The notes under the pieces are model-generated. The model saw only the letters and a list, made by a program, of their open reading frames with translations, had not been told where the DNA came from and searched no databases. A stretch of DNA of 64,000 nucleotides from Styela clava (lineage: Eukaryota): assembly GCF_964204865.1 (NCBI RefSeq), contig NC_135262.1, positions 4,278,001-4,342,000 of the forward strand, given 5' to 3'. Position numbers and translations under genes: made by a program. Shown piece after piece: positions 1-12,341 of the stretch; within the stretch, counting starts at the first letter, position 1; every line of letters begins with the position of its first letter.

Positions 1-190
1 TGGTAACCGCTGGTCGATTACGACTCCCTCCAACATGAAGTCCATACTTCCAAAAACAAATAACTGGCTGGCTGATCCCATACCCGACATGGAAAGGTAA
101 CCGGACGAGAGGCCGTGGTTCGTCATATAAGTAAGCCGCCCTGTCTTATCGGCTTTCCTCTCCTCCTGGATAAATATGTAAATCCTATTA
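1..190 (+). mobile_element. 3' part of tRNA-derived SINE (family also at 19290-20775, 35790-36335, 45122-45442, 48420-48508, 50472-50525)
   Basis: Matches the reverse complement of 45196-45270 (GTAACCGCTGGTCG.TTACG.CTCCCTCCAACA..AAGTCCAT.CTTCC.AAAACAAATAACT). Ends in CTTATCGG.TTT.CTCTCC...GGATAAATATGTAAATCCTA, also seen at 50478-50520. Confidence 0.75.
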
Positions 191-389
191 AGTCAATGCA
201 AACCGCAACATTCTGGGCGTCGCAAAGAGGATGATATGACCCATCTCTAAGCAACATTGAAAGGTGACTAATTTTTGAATTCAAAAGACTCATTGTTATG
301 TTGTATTTGTAATGTTCGACTTTTTATTTAAATTAAAAAAAATATGCTATATAGGAGTCTCCTGACGTATACATACAAAAATTAAATTT

Positions 390-641
390 TTACGTTTTTG
401 ATATTTGTGCGTATTGAAGTGGAAATCGATTTCTTGAGCCACGACCGATTGAAAAAACAATCTTTTTTTGCCAACGTGGAGCCGGTGCCAAATTCCGAGC
501 GTGGCGTAACCAGAGTTCTATAAAATTTGTCTCCGAGCCAATAATATTGCGTGGAAGACTGCAACGAGGTTGAAATACGTCATCTTGAAAATGAGGAAGC
601 GTCAGGCGTGCGTTGATGCCCAACGGACCATATATAGACAT
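390..641 (-). CDS. possible first coding exon of an unknown divergently oriented gene
   Basis: 83-codon ATG ORF, GC-richer than its flanks. Its apparent stop overlaps a plausible donor (AC|GTAAAA). No recognisable domain. Confidence 0.25.
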   Translation of the reverse strand: MSIYGPLGINARLTLPHFQDDVFQPRCSLPRNIIGSETNFIELWLRHARNLAPAPRWQKKIVFSIGRGSRNRFPLQYAQISKT

Positions 642-850
642 ACTCGTGTCTCAAACAATAGATATCTTAAACAAAGGGGTGAACAAAGCCCCCTTAGATA
701 AAAAGAAACTTCTAGATCGTCGAATTGTGTAGGTAGCGTACACGTCGCAACGTTCTAGGTATAGTTGATCTTTAAAATCAAATAACTAGATGAAAAGCAA
801 TTAGTTTGATTGGCGTTACGTCGTCAGCTAAAAGAACAGACACTATAGTC

Positions 851-1162
851 CAGTGGTTCTCAAACGGTGGTGCGCGCCCAACAAAGGGGGCGTAGGCAAT
901 TTTTGAGAGATTTGAAGCTAAATAATATATAAATATTTGTTAGATTTGATTTTGCCCGCCTTATTTTGGATATTCGCATTTCTTTATTGTTTAGAGATTG
1001 ATTGTTGTGCTCATTGTTAATTTTATTTCCTGTTATTTATATTACTCTCGCCCTATTATCTGGTATTTGTAGCTAATTGTTGGCTAGTTATATTTGAGGT
1101 GGGGAGCGGGAAATCAGAATTCAAAAAAGTTGGGCGCGACTTAAAAGGTTTGAGAACCGATG
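851..1162. mobile_element. hAT (Charlie-like) MITE
   Basis: Termini CAGTGGTTCTCAAAC ... GTTTGAGAACCGATG; imperfect 8-bp flanks CTATAGTC / TTATAGTT. Confidence 0.65.
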
Positions 1163-1373
1163 TTATAGTTATTTAAACATCAAATAGTTCAGAGGATGAA
1201 TATCAATGTGGATATATAGCGTATGTTTCAGTCGCTCTGTTTTGTATTAGTCTTTCCACGTGATATTATCTAACTAATAAACTGACTTAAACTATCAAAT
1301 GACCAGTTAAAAACGTAGTTAAACCTGTTGTGGCCATATATACATTGTCACCGTACGTAAATTTAACGGCACC

Positions 1374-4300
1374 ATGAACAAACTACATTTACTCATTGTG
1401 CTGACAATTTGCAGCTTGGCAGCTGTGGGATCGGAGGCCAGGTAAGTAATACCATTTCGATAAAGGTTTAATATTTCTTTCTTTATGTCGTCATTATAAA
1501 TTTTAACTATCCGGCCGTTATCCAAAGTTTTTAGTCCGTAGAATTAGAATAGTGATTTCCAGCACAAATTTATTAGTAATATCGATGTCCCCGTTCTACG
1601 TCTTCGTTTGAACCCCGCATCATTACATAAATAGCCACAAATCTGCACATATTATTTTCACTGTCGTCCAGATTCACATTTTTGACTATAAAATATGGCG
1701 CCATAATGGCATTTGAATGGGTACTCCTGTAGTATGCAAACCAAGATGGCGGACATCGGCAGGTAGTATTGTACCAGGTTGGGGTTAGGCCATAGTTTCA
1801 GGTACAAATACTACAGGAGTCACTTGGCTAGTCCCCAAAATCGTAATATAACTAAAATGAGGGAAAACTGGAATAAAATTATGGCATTACCATAAACTGG
1901 TACACATATTACGTTCCGGTGTTCGCTATCTTGGTTCACATACTATAAGAGTACCGCTGGAAGCGCCCACAATATACCCAAACATATCATTCATTGACGG
2001 AAAAGTTATTCAGAAATGTCAGATTCTTTTTAACGAATTAACAATTTTCTATTCGTTTATACGAGCCTTGCATATACAGTACATATATTAACTGAACTAT
2101 ACATTAACTTGAAAATTAATTTGTCCATTTCAGGCACATCCAGAATGATGTTGCCAGATTATGCCAAACAACTCCACTTTCAACTATTCAGAAAGGAATC
2201 AATTGCTCGTGTTCAGCTCACCACAGTCTACAGTCCATTCCGCGTCAAAATGATTGGCAGAAAAATGGTCTGGTTCTGACTATACGTCTTCATGGTTGTA
2301 GGGATATCGGAAGCATCGGCAAAGGTGCATTTTATTTCCATTCACAAATTATTATCCAGGTCTGCTTGGCGCCGGGTAAAATTTATCTGGATTCAAATTT
2401 CATCTCGCGTGTTTCTTTTTTTGCTTGATATTGGCAAAATTTAATATTTTGGAATCATGACAGTCGCCACATAATTAGTCTATATTTCCTACACCCTGTA
2501 CAGAAACTGCACACAACAAAGAAATGTTACAGAAAAAATAGGAAAATCCGACAAGACGACTAAATCATATGACGTACCTGGGCCTGTCGTCTGCCAGTTC
2601 ATGTTCGGTACTAAATTAGTTAGTCGGGTATATGTTTTCAGAGGCATAGGCGAGCTGGTGGAGAAAACCGTAACCGACCAGCTGCTACGTGAATTTCACA
2701 ATTAAACTTCACAATTTATCAGTACGTATCTATTACAGAGCTGTCCACATACCACGATCTAAAGACTCTGGATATTCAAGGAAGTGGAATAAAAAAGTTG
2801 GAAAACGGAGCGATGATTTTTAACATCGACATCACAACATTAATTATAAAAAACAGCAAAATATCGAGAATTGAACCAAACGCCTTTATCGGTAAATCGC
2901 TTTACTGTATCTTGTCGTTTCTTTTAAAAAAAATATTGAGTGAAAAATTGTTTAAGAAAATTGCCAACCTTAATTATTTTGAATATAGATGACTAAGTCA
3001 AGCCAATGTGCGCCCAACTCAAAAGTTTTATGTGAGATGAAAGATTAGCAAATATTCTGTAATATTTAAAATACTTTTACATAACTTTGAAGGCATTTCC
3101 AAACTTCGATATCTGGATTTATCTGGGAATAAGATTGACAACTTGCCCGCAGAAGCGTTCAAAGAGGCCAAAGCTTTACAAACTCTGAATCTAGATGGCA
3201 ACAAAATAGATTTCATAGGCAAAGAAATTTTCGTGAGACTCTCTTCACTGCAAAGTCTGTCCCTTCGAGGTAAACAATAAAAAAAAACGATTATTCTTAT
3301 GTGAAATTTTGCCTAATACATAAGCTGATATTATACTTGCTTCAAACTTCAGGCGGAATCGCAACGTCATTTATATTTAAAAAAACATTCAAACTATTGT
3401 GTTCCCATCAATTGTAAGGTATCGGGGTAGCCACTAAAGCTACATTATTATCCAATAATTTATTTCATTTTGTTTTACTAAGGAAACAAGATTAGTACCA
3501 TCGACCCAGACGCATTTCAGAACACGTTGTTACTTGGAGAAATATTTTTGGACAACAACGTGATTACAAATTTGGATTTCACATCTTTCGTTGGACTACC
3601 GGAATTGATTACCCTGAGTGTTACCAACAATAAAATAACAAAATTGACTGTACCATGTGAAGGGGTGGGTATCTATTGTTTGCTGAAGTGTTTTTGTTGT
3701 TATTATGGAAAAGAATCTCCACAAAAAATGTAACAATTGATATCAAATTTTCAGTGTCTAAAAATGGCTTTAGCGTGGAGGCATATCCTTGTAATTTTCT
3801 CAAAGTTTCTTCATCGTATAGGAGGCGCAGTTTTTGCCACTTCATGGCAGCTCCTGTTACGAACGAACAGATGGCAGCTCTTGCCGTGGTTATGGCGCTA
3901 TTACCTGCTGTATATTCCCAAAGCCATGTACTAGATTTTAGTTCATCATGCGGATTTATACCTACCCAAACCTGAAACCTAAATCCATTAAAACTGCAGC
4001 AAGATTTTACCCGCCCTTGGTTTCCAATTTGCTGCCGTGGCTGTAGCAACGGCAGCTCGTCATTTATTTGTGGCAGCTAAAAAGTCAGTCATCATGGGTT
4101 TGGCCACCGCGGCCATGGTTTGGAAATCTCGCCATGGTTTTGCGGTATCTTCAGACGCCACAAAATACTTGAAACTGCACTTGTCGGATAGCGTGATCAC
4201 TGGCGTGACGTGCCTATGTCTTATTTTTGTGGTTGTTTAGCCACTGATGTATTCACAGTGCCCATTACGACATTGGAGCATTTTATAAATCCCATTTTTT

Positions 4301-6801
4301 GTCACATTTACAGAACGGCGTATATGATACCAACGTAGATGGAAATGAAAATTGCTCTCCAGCAAAATTAATTTTAAAGTAAGAATTATATAAAATGAAT
4401 TGCGTAATGTTGTTGAACTAACAAGTTCCCATAGTACTTAGATGACTTCTATTTTAGGCTTCTAGGAACTTTTTTTAATAGTTTTCCGGGGATGAAAAAC
4501 GGGAATTTTAATGATGCAACTTTTTCCCTTTATTATAACGTAACCCATTACAGTATTATAACGTACACAATTCGCAATCGTGAGCCCAAAAGGATAGGAA
4601 ACATGATATATATGATCTTTATTCAGTCTGAACTGGTTTATACCAGATGGTTACACAATTATGTTTCAATTTCCTAGGATGTATGTAACAACACAATTTA
4701 TCGAAATTGACCCCTCGCATTCCAGATATTGTTGCGCTGCAGTGGTGCCGTATTATAGGCGTCACGATGTAGTCGCGGAGAATATATGCTATTTTCTATT
4801 GTCCACTAGACGGCGAAGTCACGATGCAAAATTGATCTGATCATTTGTTCATACAGGATTCTCAATATGGCAAACAACGACATGACGGTTTTGTCTGACA
4901 AATTTATTCAAGCGATGCCATTCATTGAATATTTTGATGTTTCTGACAATTCGTTAACTTACATTGGAGGAAACGCAATCTCAAAACTAAGGCAAGATAT
5001 CTATCTGCTCAACTGATAATATGGTGTAATATCTCCAAACGTGTATCATGCCATCACATTTTTATTTTGGTTCATCAACCCCATCACAGTTAACTCTAAG
5101 TCCATACTGCGAAGTGTTTGAAGTTATCTGAATTTTTGATAGCCTGTTAACATAAAAAGTGTTTTGGCAATTTCCCTTTGGACTATGGGCGCTCCAGAAG
5201 TATGTGTACCAATATGGAGGACGAGGTAGCTAATTTTGTACGCCCATTTTACATCAGTTTGTGTAACGGGACTGAAGCCTATTCACTTGGCTAGAACAGA
5301 CAGTCCCAGAACTAGAAATAAAATAAGGAAAATCGGAAAAAAACATGCCCGAACCCTAACCTGGTACACATACTACGGGAGTACCGGAGCATGTTAAAAG
5401 TGGAAATTGCTTTAATTTTATTTTTATATTTTAGAAACCTTAAAGTTCTCAATATATCCGGTAATGAATTGATATCTCCAAACGTCGAATGGGTTTTGCC
5501 AATAAGGGAAAACGGAGCAGGGTTTGAGAGCGATTTGAGCAACAACCCGTGGATTTGCAACTGTGAAACTGCAAAATACCAGGTTAGAACGTTCTTAATA
5601 ACACAGATACTATCCATCATTTAACAAAGTTCAGTCCCGTGGCAAAACCATGACTTTTCTTCCGGCTCCAACTCCAATCGAGTATTATAAGAATATTCGG
5701 TACTCCCATAGTATGGGAACCAAGATGGCGGACACCGGAACATAGTATGTGTACCAGGTTAAGGTTAGGCCATAATATCAGATACAAATGCTACGGGAGT
5801 CACTTGGCTGGTTCCCAGACTCGTAATAGAACTAAAATAAGGAAAATTGGAATAAAATTATGGCGTAAAGGCTGACCCTAACCTGGTACACATACTACGT
5901 TCCGGTGTCCGCCATCTTGGTTCACATACTACGGGAGTACCGATTATTCATCTATTTGTCCTAAATATATGTACTTGGATAGACGCCGTATCCAAATGGG
6001 TTATCCACGCGCTCAACACCGCCCCACTCTCCTGGATATTTACCCAGATACAACTACAGGATTATTAGACATGAAAAAACTTAGAGGAATTATCCTTGAA
6101 CAATTATGAGGCTTGCCAGGTTTAAACCCCTCAAAACGTTTCACATCGTCCAATAAGAAAGTAAATTTCACCCTATTTCTCGATATTTTGTTTCCATTAT
6201 CAAAATATATATATAATAATTGTCCCAAACATTCATGCAAATATGTTCAACGCAGCTTTTATATTTTCAGGCATTCATACTCGCAAATGGAAATAACGGC
6301 ATGGTGGCATCGTTGAATGTCGAGTGCACGCCGAAGAGTGAAAAGGAATACAGAGAATATCAACAGTGCCTCAACCCAAAAGGTGAAGAAACAACCTCGG
6401 CTGCAACAACGACATATGGCATTACTAGTTCTGAATTACCAACAGTCAGGCCGGCACATGACAATATTAGTTTTGAATTAACAACAGCCAGGCCGGCACA
6501 TGACAATACTAGTTCTGAATTAACAACAGCAGATGACACTTTAAACCAAAGCGAATATTATACTAATAGCATATTAAGCGCGATACTAATATTGTTATGC
6601 CTTGTGGTAATAGGATTCAATATATACTTTTGGAAGTTTCGACCCCAACAACAAGTGTACAGAGACGGTAGAATTATTGCTGAAAATATTCAGAGCATTC
6701 GTATTTCTCGGTCACATTCTCCGAGATCATCTCCAGCTCTATCTGAAGCGTCTTCAGGACTGTTAGATACCGAAGGTGGACCAAGAGAAAATGTTGTCTA
6801 G
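1374..6801 (+). CDS. LRR transmembrane receptor-like protein (signal peptide, LRRNT, about 10 LRRs, LRRCT, Thr/Ser-rich stalk, TM, short Ser-rich tail), about 549 aa; exons 1374-1441, 2134-2324, 2739-2891, 3093-3269, 3483-3664, 4314-4378, 4857-4991, 5435-5582, 6271-6801
   Basis: Manual splicing gives phase-compatible exons: MNKLHLLIVLTICSLAAVGSEAR (signal peptide), CSCS cap, LRRs such as LRYLDLSGNKIDNLPAEAF and LQTLNLDGNKIDFIGKEIF, LRRCT NNPWICNCE, and TM ILSAILILLCLVVIGFNIYFW. The exon 2 donor could alternatively follow 2375. Confidence 0.85.
1720..1955. mobile_element. palindromic MITE, GGTACTCC/GGCGCTCC-terminus family
   Basis: GGTACTCC...CAAGATGGCGGACA ... ATCTTGGTTCACATACTA..AGAGTACC long inverted arms; same family as 5699-5941. 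Confidence 0.7.
5188..5385. mobile_element. MITE, same family
   Basis: GGCGCTCC ... GGAGTACC; flanks GGACTATG / GGAGCATG. Confidence 0.7.
5699..5941. mobile_element. palindromic MITE with 8-bp TSD (Merlin-like termini)
   Basis: About 60-bp near-perfect TIRs (GGTACTCCC.TAGTATG.GAACCAAGATGGCGGACACCGGAAC); TSD GAATATTC / GATTATTC. Confidence 0.8.
6424..6531 (+). repeat. in-frame 42-bp tandem repeat (x2.5) in the LRR receptor stalk
   Basis: ACTAGTTCTGAATTACCAACAGTCAGGCCGGCACATGACAAT repeated; encodes TSSELPTVRPAHDN / ISFELTTARPAHDN / TSSELTTA. Confidence 0.9.
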
Positions 6802-7109
6802 CCTAGCGAACGGCTGAAGCCCCATTGCCTGTCTCATGACGAGACATTGAATATCTCAATCTCGTGACATATATATATATATAAGTTTAAATGTCATACG
6901 GTGTATGGACGGTTTGCTTAAATTATAGTGATTGCAATTATATTTTATTAATTTGATATTTCCATGTTGTGTTTCGACATATATATATATATATATATTC
7001 AATTCACATTTTACGGCAGATCTTTGAGGTGCGTATTGAAACACACAAAAATATCAGTAAAAATGGGCCCAGCAAATACGCTTGCCTATAGATAAAGTAT
7101 ACTTATTGA

Positions 7110-7360
7110 ACATGGCAAATCCGACCCGTTGGGTAATTCAATCTGACGCTGCCACAACCATACTTAAATGTTTTAGCTGAAAAATGTATCGAGATTAATA
7201 TTAAATTTAGTTTTGGCACGAGGCTTATTGTTTTTCACTTTTACTTTGTAACACTGTGAATATTGTTTATGAAATGTTACTTTTTACATTACACTTACAT
7301 GACCCGTCAGTCTAGGTCTAAAATTTTTGGTATCTGATCTAAAAACTTTGCCCACCCCTG
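7110..7360 (-). mobile_element. hAT MITE (family also at 51354-51664, 62139-62440, 63290-63617)
   Basis: Reverse complement of CAGGGGTGGGCAA... with internal CCAAAACTAAATTTAAT and AATAAGCCTCGTGCC, as at 62139-62440. Confidence 0.65.
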
Positions 7361-8997
7361 CTATAGACCGTCAGTGTATGCCAGATTTAAATATAAAAAA
7401 AAAAACAGAATTTTTTGGATTAAATACCGACCCTGAACAAATATATATACTAGCGATCTCTTCCATCTTCAAATATTGAAAACTTGAAGTGTCATTAGGT
7501 CTTGTTTTTATAGGAAAATTGATTTTCCTAACAACAACAATCATGTAGTATAGCCATCCATAAGCGATTTTCAGTCACACAATTTAAAAAATATATTATT
7601 GTGCTGTTATGTGATTTTATTGCGAATAGTATAAATGATTTATTTCGTGGCTTTTGTGATAAAAACCAAAGTATGTTTATTAATTGGACTGGGGGGACAC
7701 TCAAATAGAGTATAATAAATAGTTATGCATAAATGTACAATTTTCTTACACAATGAATGTTAAAATGAGTAGCCTAAGTCACGAAGATTGATTAAGATCA
7801 AATATATACTATTATATTTTTGCTTTAATCATTGCGTATATATTCCATTGTTGATAAAAATAAACAGTTCACTTTGACCGTTGGGTTTTAATCGTAGTTG
7901 TAATAAAGAAATTCAAAGAAATCTTTTGTTTACGTCGATAACTATAAAACGAAACGAGAATTGTGTGCGGGGCAGACGCAATTTGCACCAAAATGATAAA
8001 TACGGACAGCAGGGATTGTATATCCATTTTATTTCGAATTGCATTTACATATTGTACGGACCTTTGTTGGCGACAATGTAGTATACATATTTATATACAT
8101 AATACTTATATTTATTGTATTTTTGTCACAAACATCCTTTTTCGTGGTATTAGTAGCCAAATTCAATATTGAGCTATACAGCATACTCAGTGATTTCCAA
8201 AACTGCTGGTTGCGATTTGAATAAAGCTTTAGTTCTGTTATTATACCCTTTTATGGCAGAAAAACTGGAGGTACAAAAAAAAAAATAAATAAAAGCGAAC
8301 GAAACCCGCTTGTCTATGAAATGGACAAAATGAGAAAGATAAGTGAGACACCAAAAAAAACAGCGCAAACATGCCATACGTATTTGGAGTCACATGATGA
8401 AACTCGCCACCCAGACCAAGATACGTCATCGTATATCATATTTCCCAGAACATTGTATACAATACTGAATTACCAACAATAATCAAATTATAAAAGTATT
8501 CAACAAATTCAAACAAGTTTCGGTTTGAACTCTAATGGTTTCCATATAGTGTTTTTCTTTAATCCAGATTTGTTACATACTGGCGTAGAGACCTCAATAT
8601 CACAAATTCCTTCACCACCAAGGGTACGCATGATGCATCTAAAACTAATAAAAGGACAAGATGGCCGCCACGTGGCCCGCCATACGATTAGGTCGTATTA
8701 TAGACTTTCCTCTCCTTCGAGATAAAAACATATCTTATCCTTATTAATGCATTATGTCCAAATGAGCAATATTAATAATATTGTATTGCCGTATCTATGG
8801 GTGTAGGACTAGGTAAATCGGTAAGCAAACGCGGGTTTCTCCTTTAATGATTACAGTTTCGATTTTGTATGCATCATTCAAATTTGAATAAAAATTTCAA
8901 TTTTCCTCTAGTTTTTAATTTTTCGTCATCTTTATTCTGGTTTTCCGTGCATAACTAAACTTAAATGTATTTGTATCCCGGTCGTTCCCAGTTTCAA

Positions 8998-9135
8998 TGA
9001 CGTCAATTTATTTCGTTCCGCACACTGATTTCAAACTGTAAAACGGGCGTGCATTTCTGTTTGGTGGAGATTGTTCTGGAAGTTTGTTGGTTCTGGTCTT
9101 ACATTTAACTGTTATATTCGAGAATTCGCATACGA
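8998..9135 (+). promoter_or_regulatory. putative CCT5 proximal promoter with CRE palindrome and partial heat-shock-element-like motifs
   Basis: TGACGTCA at 8998-9005; nTTCnnGAAn motifs (GTTCTGGAAG about 9073, ATTCGAGAAT about 9116) just upstream of a chaperonin start codon. Confidence 0.35.
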
Positions 9136-9144
9136 AAAGCGAAA

Positions 9145-10761
9145 ATGGCGGCGGCAATGGCATTCGATGAGTACGGGAGACCGTTTATCATCGTCAGAGA
9201 TCAAGAAAGTAAATCTCGGTTAAGTGGACTGGAAGCAATTAAATCTCATATTTTAGCAGCTAAAACTGTAGCCTACACTGTCCGTACATCGCTTGGACCA
9301 AATGGCCTAGACAAGATGATGGTGTCTCCAGATGGAGAAGTCACTGTGACAAATGATGGAGCCACTATTTTAGATAAAATGGACGTTAACCACCAAATTG
9401 CTAAATTAATGGTGGAACTGTCAAAATCTCAGGATGACGAAATTGGAGATGGGACAACAGGGGTTGTTGTTCTGGCTGGGGCTTTATTGGAACATGCAGA
9501 ACAGTTGATTGATCGCGGAATTCATCCGATTCGAATTGCTGATGGTTACGAGGCAGCCATGCATGTTGCAATTAAAAAATTAGATGAAATCGCTGACGTT
9601 TTCAAAGTTGATCCAAACGATTCAGAAAATTTAGTCAGAGTTGCTATGACAACATTGGGGTCTAAAATCGTTAACAAGTGTCATCACCAATTTGCTAAAA
9701 TTGCTGTCGATGCAGTAATGGCTGTTGCAGATTTCAAACGTAAAGATGTCGATTTCGAATTGATCAAAGTAGAAGCGAAACAAGGAGGAAAATTAGAAGA
9801 CAGTCAACTCATCAAAGGTGTTCTTGTTGACAAGGATATGAGTCACCCACAGATGCCAAAAGTCATCAAAGGTGCCAAACTGGCTATCCTAACTTGTCCA
9901 TTTGAACCTCCAAAACCTAAAACCAAGCATAAGCTCGATGTTACTTCTGTGGAAGACTACAAACAGTTGCAAGAATATGAAAAAAAGAAGTTTCATGAAA
10001 TGATAAAGCAGGTGAAAGATACTGGAGCAAATTTAGCAATCTGCCAGTGGGGATTTGATGATGAAGCTAATCATTTATTACTGCAGAATGAATTGCCTGC
10101 TGTTCGATGGGTAGGAGGACCAGAAATTGAGCTGATCGCCATAGCAACTGGGGGTAGAATCGTACCTCGATTTTCAGAGCTCACTCCTGAGAAATTAGGT
10201 CATGCTGGACTTGTTCGAGAGTTGTCATTTGGAACTACGAAAGATAAAATGTTGGTTATTGAAGAATGTAAAAATACAAAAGCAGTAACCATTTTCCTTC
10301 GTGGTGGAAATAAAATGATTGTCCAAGAAGCCAAGCGTTCTGTTCATGATGCTCTGTGTGTAATTCGAAATCTTGTTCGTGATAATCGTGTTGTGTACGG
10401 AGGAGGTGCTTGTGAAATCGCCTGCGCAGTTGCAGTGTCTAAAGAAGCTGAATTAAACCCATCTTTGGAGCAATACGCTATGCGTGCCTACGTACAAGCA
10501 CTTGAGTCTGTGCCCCTTGCATTGGCAGAAAATAGTGGTTTGAATCCAATTCAGACCCTTTCTGATGTTCGTTCCAAACAAGTGAATGAAAGTAACTCGA
10601 ATCTTGGAATCGATTGTTTAAACAAAGGCACAAATGACATGAAGGAGCAACATGTTATTGAAACGCTTGTAGGAAAGAAACAACAAATCTCACTTGCAAC
10701 ACAACTTGTACGAATGATTCTGAAAATTGATGATGTCAGATCACCTGGTGAACAACAGTAG
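9145..10761 (+). CDS. CCT5: T-complex protein 1 subunit epsilon (CCT-epsilon), intronless
   Basis: 538-aa ORF starting [20 protein letters not shown], with [25 protein letters not shown] and [14 protein letters not shown], diagnostic of CCT5. Confidence 0.97.
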   Translation: MAAAMAFDEYGRPFIIVRDQESKSRLSGLEAIKSHILAAKTVAYTVRTSLGPNGLDKMMVSPDGEVTVTNDGATILDKMDVNHQIAKLMVELSKSQDDEIGDGTTGVVVLAGALLEHAEQLIDRGIHPIRIADGYEAAMHVAIKKLDEIADVFKVDPNDSENLVRVAMTTLGSKIVNKCHHQFAKIAVDAVMAVADFKRKDVDFELIKVEAKQGGKLEDSQLIKGVLVDKDMSHPQMPKVIKGAKLAILTCPFEPPKPKTKHKLDVTSVEDYKQLQEYEKKKFHEMIKQVKDTGANLAICQWGFDDEANHLLLQNELPAVRWVGGPEIELIAIATGGRIVPRFSELTPEKLGHAGLVRELSFGTTKDKMLVIEECKNTKAVTIFLRGGNKMIVQEAKRSVHDALCVIRNLVRDNRVVYGGGACEIACAVAVSKEAELNPSLEQYAMRAYVQALESVPLALAENSGLNPIQTLSDVRSKQVNESNSNLGIDCLNKGTNDMKEQHVIETLVGKKQQISLATQLVRMILKIDDVRSPGEQQ

Positions 10762-12189
10762 ATTTCTCACCACACATCGATGCGTCTTGCTCTTTCCTCA
10801 AATATCAAATGCACAATTGTACCACCCTTCCTATTAAATAGACTTCAATGGTAGAAGTGCTATATGGTTATCAAAAATTTAAACAACGTTTAACAGGAAA
10901 TTAAATATGTTATCATGAAAGGGAACCAAGCATCGTATCAGAAACACGAAATTATAACTTTTTTTGAAGTGTAATCATTGTTATTTCAATTTAGGAGGAA
11001 TTGCAGACCCAATCCTCGTTAGATGGTTGCATGAATTTTCTCACATCTGTTTGAATTATTCTACTTTAGTCATCTGATTAAGTATGGCCAAACTGTGTTC
11101 CTTGTTCAACTTTTGGCCAGCTGTAACGTGATATTTTGTATTGTTGCTCTAGGTAAATTGAAAGACTTGTTCCATCTTTTTCGCATGATTTGTTATTAAA
11201 ATGTAGACAAAAATGAATTTACAGTTGTTGAAATTCCTGCTAAATTGAGTTTATGTAACGAAAATGCTAGCATTCAGGATTTTATAGAGTATATCCTGAA
11301 GACGACATGAAAGGCAATTAATTATGCGAGCAATGTATGACAAACCATAGGCCTCTTCCCATAACTGTTGTATGTCAGTTATATCTCCGGTCAAAACACA
11401 TTTCAGACGCTCCACACAATTTTGAAGTCCATTCGATTTTAGGGAAAAGGGAATAGTTGAGTTGCGGTTAAGGTGAAAAATATTACAAATTTTCCTATTT
11501 TGTAGGGTTTTTGTCTTTTATCTCGATTTTTTTCCACATAGCATTAAAAAAAAGGTTTAGTAATATTACAAGGAAGCCACAGTAACGGTCTTTTCCTTCA
11601 CACCCGAAACAGCCACACTATTGTGTCATTTTATATTATTTATATTCACCGATGTCCTGATTACGTCATTGCCTCTCTGATACATCAACAGTTGTAATTA
11701 CAAACACCACATTATGACGGGTGAGAGTAATATTTGATGAAAGTTGTTTATTATAATTCTGCTAACCTATGTTAGTCCTTCGCGGTTGTCAGAGGTTTGT
11801 GACGTAACAGTTGATTCTCTTGAGAGCTGTGTTCCCATCTAAACTTGGAAAAGTCAGTTTTGTTGAAGTTTAAAGGTATTTTTCATACGTATTACTCAGT
11901 ATAAATTAGTGAAAGTAATGCTTCATAGTGTGATATCATACAAACTAAACGTACTAAGTTTGATAGAAGAGTCAGAGTTAGGACTTCTAGTTATTTTATT
12001 ATAGCTTATAACTGAAAGTGAGCACTGATTTGACATAACTCTGGTAGCAGTCATTATCTATACGTAAATAGGACACCAGGCCTCTGAAATCGTGTGTACA
12101 TCATAGATAGATTGTTCGCCTTATCCGTGGCCTATGGTAAATGATTTCTTAATCCCGTGTGCAATCAACGTAAGCATTTATCAACCGGA

Positions 12190-12341
12190 CTATAAATAGG
12201 TCAACGACGTCTATGACAAAGGCAAGCTCTCTTTGTAGTGATATTCATTTGTGTACTGGTTCCAGATCGTGCAGAGTGTACTTTTAAGAGGAGCGAGACT
12301 TGCAGGAGTTGATAGAACGAAGAAATCTAGCCAGACAAAAG
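12190..12341 (+). promoter_or_regulatory. putative promoter (overlapping MEF2/TATA element) and non-coding first exon of the HSPB7-like gene
   Basis: CTATAAATAG at 12190-12199 fits both MEF2 CTA(A/T)4TAG and TATAAA. Donor AAAAG|GTAGAT at 12341/2. An AG lies immediately before ATG 13828. Confidence 0.45.

Noticed and set aside
3621-4240. Overlapping 65-142-aa ORFs
   Set aside because: They lie in intron 5 of the LRR gene within a GC-richer repeat-like insert, with no domain features.
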